Source: an uncultured Pelagibacteraceae bacterium | GTDB lineage: Bacteria > Pseudomonadota > Alphaproteobacteria > Pelagibacterales > Pelagibacteraceae | Assembly (NCBI GenBank): GCA_902616145.1 | Contig: CACMRM010000001.1 | Span: 161,450 to 225,449 of the forward strand | DNA: 64,000 nt | Reading direction: 5' to 3' | Part shown: in pieces, positions 55,673-64,000 of the stretch | Layout of the letters: the number at the start of each line of letters is the position of its first letter | How positions within the stretch are numbered: position 1 is the first letter of the stretch | Program-made: the position numbers and the translations under genes | The notes under the pieces: generated by a model | What the model was told of the DNA's origin: nothing | What the model saw: the letters and a program-made list of their open reading frames with translations, nothing else | Database searches by the model: none

Positions 55673-56899
55673 ATGAGAGTAAAACATAGAAAAATACTTA
55701 TAATAATTGGAGGTGGAATAGCTGCCTATAAATCTTTAGATTTAATAAGACTGCTTAAAAAAAATTATAATGAGGTAAAAGTTATTTTAACAAAAAGTGG
55801 GAAAGAATTTGTAACTCCTTTATCAATTAATGTTTTATCAAAAAGTAAAGTTTTTGAAGATATTTTTGATAAAAATACTGAAGCTGAAATAGATCATATA
55901 TCTTTATCAAGATGGGCTGACCTAATTATAGTCATGCCAACGACTGCTAATTTTATGACAAAATTAAGCGCTGGGAAAGCTGAGGATTTAGCTACAACAG
56001 TAATTTTAGCATCTAACAAAGACATTCTATTAGTGCCAGCAATGAATGTGAGAATGTGGGTTCACAAGGCAACTCAAAAAAATGTGAAGATTTTACAAGA
56101 TTATGGCTATCTTTTTATCGGTCCTGAGAAAGGTGAAATGGCTTGTGGTGAATACGGGGAAGGTAAAATGTCTAGCCCTAGACAAATTATTTCTTACCTT
56201 GAAAAATATTTTAATAAAAGAAACTTAGTGAAGGACAAAAATCTTAAGGCAATAGTCACAACTGGTCCAACAAGGGAATATATCGATCCAGTCAGATTTA
56301 TTTCTAACGAGTCAAGTGGTAAACAAGGGTATGAAATTGCCCAAGCCCTAAGCAGACTTGGGATTAAAACTACTTTAATTTCTGGAGCATTAAATCTTTT
56401 AGAAAAAAAAGAAATAAAAATGAAAAAAATCGTGACTGCAGATGAAATGTTTTTAGAAGTTAAAAAATCTCTTCCAGTAGATATAGCTGTATGTGCTGCA
56501 GCAGTGTCAGACTTTAAACCTTTAAAAAAAAGTAAGAGTAAAATAAAAAAAGATCAAAAACTTAAATCAATAGATTTAGAAAAGAATGTTGATATTGCTG
56601 AATACCTTGGAAAAACAAATAAACATCGACCCAAGATAGTAGTTGGATTCGCAGCCGAAACTGAAAATCTTAAAAAAAATGCAATGTATAAGTTAAAACA
56701 AAAAAATTGTGATTTGATAGTTGCTAATGATATTTCTAAGAAAGATAGTGGATTTAATTCTGATTATAATAGAGTTTCAGTAATTGACAGTTCAGGAAAT
56801 ATAAAGACTTTAAAAAGAACAAAAAAGAGCTTGGTGGCAAACACAATTGTAGAATTAATTTTAGATAAACTATCAATTAATGACAGAAGTTTTAATTAA
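55673..56899 (+). CDS. coaBC: Bifunctional phosphopantothenoylcysteine decarboxylase / phosphopantothenate-cysteine ligase
   Basis: N-terminal flavoprotein GGGIAAYK and PAMN, and a C-terminal CoaB domain with [10 protein letters not shown]. Confidence 0.9.
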   Translation: MRVKHRKILIIIGGGIAAYKSLDLIRLLKKNYNEVKVILTKSGKEFVTPLSINVLSKSKVFEDIFDKNTEAEIDHISLSRWADLIIVMPTTANFMTKLSAGKAEDLATTVILASNKDILLVPAMNVRMWVHKATQKNVKILQDYGYLFIGPEKGEMACGEYGEGKMSSPRQIISYLEKYFNKRNLVKDKNLKAIVTTGPTREYIDPVRFISNESSGKQGYEIAQALSRLGIKTTLISGALNLLEKKEIKMKKIVTADEMFLEVKKSLPVDIAVCAAAVSDFKPLKKSKSKIKKDQKLKSIDLEKNVDIAEYLGKTNKHRPKIVVGFAAETENLKKNAMYKLKQKNCDLIVANDISKKDSGFNSDYNRVSVIDSSGNIKTLKRTKKSLVANTIVELILDKLSINDRSFN

Positions 56900-57320
56900 A
56901 AGATTGTCAAATGATGTAAAGTTACCTAAATACGAAACAGACGATTCTTCTGGTATGGACCTTGCTGCAAACATCGAAGAGCAGATAAAAATTTTACCTG
57001 GAAAAACTTCAATAATACCAACTGGGATATCATTAGCGGTTCCTAAAAATTTTGAAATACAAATTAGACCAAGATCAGGTTTAGCAGCAAAAAAACAAAT
57101 AACAGTTTTAAATACTCCAGGAACTATAGATGCAGATTATAGAGGAGAAATAAAAGTAATTTTAATAAATTTAGGAAATGAAGTTTTTACTATAGAAAAA
57201 GGCTCAAGGATTGCTCAAATGGTTTTATGTCCAATAACTAAAGCTGTTCTCAGAGAAGTGAGTGATTTAAATGAAACCAATAGAGGTTCGGGAGGTTTTG
57301 GTTCTACTGGAACCAAATAA
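56880..57320 (+). CDS. dut: dUTP diphosphatase
   Basis: [24 protein letters not shown] and C-terminal [10 protein letters not shown]. Overlaps coaBC by 20 nt. Confidence 0.9.
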   Translation: MTEVLIKRLSNDVKLPKYETDDSSGMDLAANIEEQIKILPGKTSIIPTGISLAVPKNFEIQIRPRSGLAAKKQITVLNTPGTIDADYRGEIKVILINLGNEVFTIEKGSRIAQMVLCPITKAVLREVSDLNETNRGSGGFGSTGTK

Positions 57321-57324
57321 ATTT

Positions 57325-58074
57325 ATGAGATTAGCATCAAGTGATTTCGAAAAATTTGAGAAGCATATCATTTTAAAAAATGTAGGGATAAATGGTCAGA
57401 AAAAGATATTTAATTCTAAAGTATTAATTATTGGTGTTGGAGGTTTAGGTTGCCCATTGTTAACATATTTGGCTGCTTCGGGAGTTGGAAAGTTAGGTAT
57501 TGTTGATCATGATAAAATTGAAATGAGTAATTTAAGTAGACAAACTCTTTTTTCTGTTAGTGATATTGGAAAGTTTAAAGTCCTTGAAGCCAGAAACAAA
57601 ATTAATAAAATGAATAAAAATATTTTAGTTCAAGCATTTAAAAAAAAGATTACAAAAAGAAATATAAAATCAATTTTGAAAAATTTTGACATTATATGTG
57701 ATGGAACCGATAACTTTGAGACAAGATATCTAATAAATGACCAATGTAAAAAAAGTAAAAAAATACTAATCTCAGCTGCAATAAATAAATTTGATGGTCA
57801 TTTATATAAATTTAACTTTAAAAAAAAAAGTTCATGTTATAGGTGTTTTATGCCTGAGAAGCCTATCGTAGAAAATAATTGTCAATCTGACGGTGTTTTC
57901 TCACCATTAGCAGGAATTTTAGGGACTCTTCAAGCAAATGAAGTTTTGAAAACTATTTTAGGTTTAAGTGAAAACTCAAAAAATCAGATTGTTGTTTTTG
58001 ATTCTATCAAGCTAGATTTTAGAAATATAAAGTTAAACTATAATCCAAACTGCATAAATAAATGCCTAAAATAG
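57325..58074 (+). CDS. ThiF/MoeB/HesA family E1-like adenylyltransferase
   Basis: GVGGLGCP nucleotide-binding loop, NLSRQ and a CYRC zinc motif. The ATG at 57325 is preferred over the track start at 57271, which overlaps dut by 50 nt. Confidence 0.75.
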   Translation: MRLASSDFEKFEKHIILKNVGINGQKKIFNSKVLIIGVGGLGCPLLTYLAASGVGKLGIVDHDKIEMSNLSRQTLFSVSDIGKFKVLEARNKINKMNKNILVQAFKKKITKRNIKSILKNFDIICDGTDNFETRYLINDQCKKSKKILISAAINKFDGHLYKFNFKKKSSCYRCFMPEKPIVENNCQSDGVFSPLAGILGTLQANEVLKTILGLSENSKNQIVVFDSIKLDFRNIKLNYNPNCINKCLK

Positions 58075-58511
58075 CAAGTAGCTTCTTTATATTTTTTTTT
58101 TTTCTTCAAAATATTTTATTAGCAGAAGAATATTTTTTAACATTAAGAAATGACAAAGTTAATCTTAGGCAGGGTCCTTCATTTGAACATCCTATAAAAT
58201 TATTTTACAAAAAAAAATACTTACCAGTATTAGTGCAAGATGAATTTGAAAACTTTAGAAGAATTAAAGATCATGAAAATAATACAGGCTGGATACACGT
58301 TTCACAGTTATCAAAAAAAAAGGCTGGGATTATTATAATACAAAAACAATTATTATTTAGAAAGCCATCTATTTTTTCAAAGCCAAGCGCTATTCTTCAA
58401 AAAGGTAGGCTTTGTAAAATAAAAAAATGTAAAAAAGATTGGTGTAAAGTTCAAATTAATAATTATGTAGGCTGGGTTAAAAAAGATAGTTTGTGGGGAA
58501 GAGTAAATTAA
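58062..58511 (+). CDS. Secreted bacterial SH3-like (DUF1058-type) domain protein
   Basis: Signal peptide, then VNLRQGPSFEHPIKLFYKKKYLPVLVQDEFENFRRIKDHENNTGWIH and a second SH3-like half. Confidence 0.6.
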   Translation: MPKIASSFFIFFFFLQNILLAEEYFLTLRNDKVNLRQGPSFEHPIKLFYKKKYLPVLVQDEFENFRRIKDHENNTGWIHVSQLSKKKAGIIIIQKQLLFRKPSIFSKPSAILQKGRLCKIKKCKKDWCKVQINNYVGWVKKDSLWGRVN

Positions 58512-58757
58512 TTATTTTTTTTTATATTTTGCTGTCCAAATTTTATCTAGAACAAAATACCATACAGCGTTAGCTATTGGCTCCACTATTGCGTCTGTTA
58601 GAGCTATTATAAATGGAACATCTGCAATAAGCATTAAAACTGTTATTGCAATCGCGAAGTGGCCAATTGTATAAATTAGAGTTCTTAATAATGAGCCCTT
58701 ATTATTTTCATAAATATCTTTAGCTGTTATGTATATGCCTTTATCGAATTCTGCCAT
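58512..58757 (-). CDS. DUF2061 small membrane protein
   Basis: 81 aa. RTLIYTIGHFAIAITV...AIVEPIANAVWYFVLDKIW fits the DUF2061 pattern. Its start overlaps the upstream gene by 17 nt. Confidence 0.55.
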   Translation of the reverse strand: MAEFDKGIYITAKDIYENNKGSLLRTLIYTIGHFAIAITVLMLIADVPFIIALTDAIVEPIANAVWYFVLDKIWTAKYKKK

Positions 58758-59385
58758 GATCTTTAAACGGATTTTCTAAAACACATGCAACTAGATGAAT
58801 TCTATCTTGTTCACCACCGTTGAAAAAATTGTGATATTTTGTATTATTAGTAATTGTTACTGATCCGTCTGCTGGCATATGCTTACAAACTTCATCTATC
58901 ACCATCCTACATCCTTTGTTGGTAATAATTGGAATGTGAAGTCTTGGCTCAGGATCTCGATGCCAGCTAAGAGTAGATCTTGGTTCTTTTAATAAAATTC
59001 TTACTCTACCAAGTTTAAAATGTTTTTTTAAAGTGTTGTAAACTTCCTCAAAATAAGTTCCTTTGAATTCTGGGACAATTTCGCTGTATTTTGACTCATC
59101 TATTGGCTTATCTCTCTCAATTTCTTTTCCTTTTTCGTCTGGTATAGTCCAATATGTTCCTCTCACGTTATGGCCTTCTGTAGAGGATTTATCCCCTGGA
59201 ATTTGATTTAATGAGATTGCGCCAAAATTTTTAATACCCAACGTGGCAAATTTCTTTTTTTTTAAAACAGAATTTAAATCAGCTCTCATTTTGTCGATAT
59301 CAAATTCTAGATTTGGAACTTTGTAAAAATCATCTTTGATATTTTGATTTAGCGTTTCTAAATTTGGTGTTTTAACAATTTCCAT
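58741..59385 (-). CDS. Aspartyl/asparaginyl beta-hydroxylase-like cupin (2OG/Fe(II) oxygenase fold)
   Basis: LSWHRDPEPRLHIPII...ADGSVTITNNTKYHNFFNGGEQDRIHLV fits the H.D...R.H.P...H..N....R..L pattern of the Asp/Asn hydroxylase family. Starts 1 nt after the katG stop. Confidence 0.55.
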   Translation of the reverse strand: MEIVKTPNLETLNQNIKDDFYKVPNLEFDIDKMRADLNSVLKKKKFATLGIKNFGAISLNQIPGDKSSTEGHNVRGTYWTIPDEKGKEIERDKPIDESKYSEIVPEFKGTYFEEVYNTLKKHFKLGRVRILLKEPRSTLSWHRDPEPRLHIPIITNKGCRMVIDEVCKHMPADGSVTITNNTKYHNFFNGGEQDRIHLVACVLENPFKDHGRIR

Positions 59386-59386
59386 A

Positions 59387-61587
<2,201 letters not shown>

Positions 61588-61607
61588 GTAAAACAAGCGA
61601 CAAACTG

Positions 61608-62027
61608 TCAATTTTTTAAATTTATAAAAACCTCAATATTTTTAATTTTTTTGCCATTAGGCGCTTTTGGAATTTTTTGTATCACAACATCGTTTGAATC
61701 AATATCAATTAACTCTGAATTTTCACTATCATAAAAATGATGATGATTTGATACATTTGTGTCAAAATAAGTTTTTTTTCCTCTCACCTCTACTTCGCTT
61801 AAATGTCCTGCAGATTTAAAAGCATGAACTGTATTGTAAATTGTAGCTAGTGCAAACTTATTAGAAGTTTTTTTTTCTAAAAGTTTATTTAAGCTTTCAA
61901 CTGTAAAATGAAATGTTTTATCTCTTTCGAATAAAAATTTTGCAATTTCTACTCTTTGTTTAGTCGGTCTTAGACCTGAAGTTCTTAATTTTTTTAAAAT
62001 ATCTATTTTTTTCACGTTTTTTTGCAA
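61608..62027 (-). CDS. irr: Fur-family regulator, Irr-like (iron response regulator)
   Basis: GLRPTKQRVEIAKFLF, LATIYNTVHAF and TYFDTNVSNHHHFYDSENSELIDI parallel Bradyrhizobium Irr (TYFDTNVTTHHHYYLENSHELVDI). No Cys residues at all. TTG start (GTG at 62015 is an alternative). Confidence 0.78.
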   Translation of the reverse strand: MQKNVKKIDILKKLRTSGLRPTKQRVEIAKFLFERDKTFHFTVESLNKLLEKKTSNKFALATIYNTVHAFKSAGHLSEVEVRGKKTYFDTNVSNHHHFYDSENSELIDIDSNDVVIQKIPKAPNGKKIKNIEVFINLKN

Positions 62028-62038
62028 AATTTAACTAG

Positions 62039-62055
62039 TTTATAATCATTCTAAA
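62039..62055 (-). promoter_or_regulatory. Second ICE-like operator, upstream of the irr-like gene and 52 nt upstream of divergent fabA
   Basis: TTTATAA-TCA-TTCTAAA. With the flanking AG it is 18/19 identical to the copy at 61569-61587. Lies 12-28 nt upstream of the irr start. Confidence 0.5.
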
Positions 62056-62106
62056 CACAAATATATATGAAACGTTTGTTAAATCAAGTAAAACAGTTTC
62101 TAAATC

Positions 62107-62606
62107 ATGCAAAAAAACAATTACAACTATGATGACTTAATTTCGTGTGGAGAGGGAAAGTTATTTGGTGAGGGTAATGCTAAACTTCCGTTACCTCCAA
62201 TGTTAATGTTTGATAGGATTACAGAGATTAAAAAAGATACTGGTGAGTTTAATAAAGGTTTTATTAAAGCTGAACTTGATATTAAAGACAGTTTATGGTT
62301 TTTTGATTGTCACTTTCAAAAAGACCCAGTTATGCCTGGTTGTCTTGGTCTGGATGCTATGTGGCAATTAGTTGGTTTTTATTTGGGTTGGATTGGAGAG
62401 CCGGGAAAAGGAAGAGCTTTAGGAGTAAATTCTGTTAAATTTACTGGTGAAGTTTTGAAGAATATTAAAATGGCTACATATGAAATAAATATGAAAAGAG
62501 TTTTAAAAAAAGAAGGAACTACCGTAGGACTTGCAAATGGATTATTAAGTGCTGACGGTAAAATAATTTATCGAGCAGAAAATTTGAAAGTAGGTTTATT
62601 TAAATC

Positions 62607-62610
<4 letters not shown>
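62107..62610 (+). CDS. fabA: 3-hydroxydecanoyl-ACP dehydratase/isomerase
   Basis: [31 protein letters not shown] contains the FabA active-site His region. 167 aa. Confidence 0.92.

Positions 62611-64000
<1,390 letters not shown>

Overview
This window is AT-rich (roughly 30% GC by eye) and very gene-dense. It holds about 75 protein-coding genes. Most spacers are under 50 bp, many genes share TAATG or ATGA stop/start overlaps, and several convergent pairs overlap by 4-11 bp.

Gene content and synteny point to a streamlined marine alphaproteobacterium of the SAR11/Pelagibacterales type (inference). The supporting markers are ChvI/ChvG, RegA/RegB, an Irr-like regulator next to fabA-fabB-fabI, mutM|ubiE-ubiB-coaBC-dut, and dnaA-dnaN-gyrB.

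The content is mostly core housekeeping:
- Replication and repair: dnaA, dnaN, gyrB, polA, sbcB, rmuC, mutM, alkA-like, SRAP, dut.
- Purine metabolism: purEK, an AzgA-type permease and a gpt-like phosphoribosyltransferase.
- Lipid metabolism: fabA/B/I and cfa.
- Cofactors: ubiE/B, coaBC and bioY.
- An RND efflux pump.
- Three regulators: the ChvGI and RegBA two-component systems, and Irr.
- A 4-gene polyamine operon.
- katG.

I saw no rRNA, tRNA, CRISPR array, transposase, integrase, phage gene or recognisable defence system. I found no clear novel multi-gene system.

The items most worth a second look are:
1. A duplicated ICE/PerR-box-like operator in front of both katG and the Irr-like gene, with katG heading a tight operon with a cupin hydroxylase-like gene and a DUF2061 gene.
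2. A 403-aa protein with a polybasic N-terminus, an ER/K-type helix and an unknown C-terminal domain.
3. An ADP-ribosylglycohydrolase-fold protein whose acidic metal ligands are replaced by Cys, embedded in a nuclease and RNA-modification operon.
4. An atypically long 311-bp spacer upstream of purEK, carrying phased direct repeats, mini-ORFs and a terminator-like hairpin.
5. A sigma-32 promoter plus a ROSE-like thermometer upstream of ibpA.
6. regB and regA split by an opposite-strand polyamine operon.

All functional calls rest on motif recognition by eye. No searches were run.
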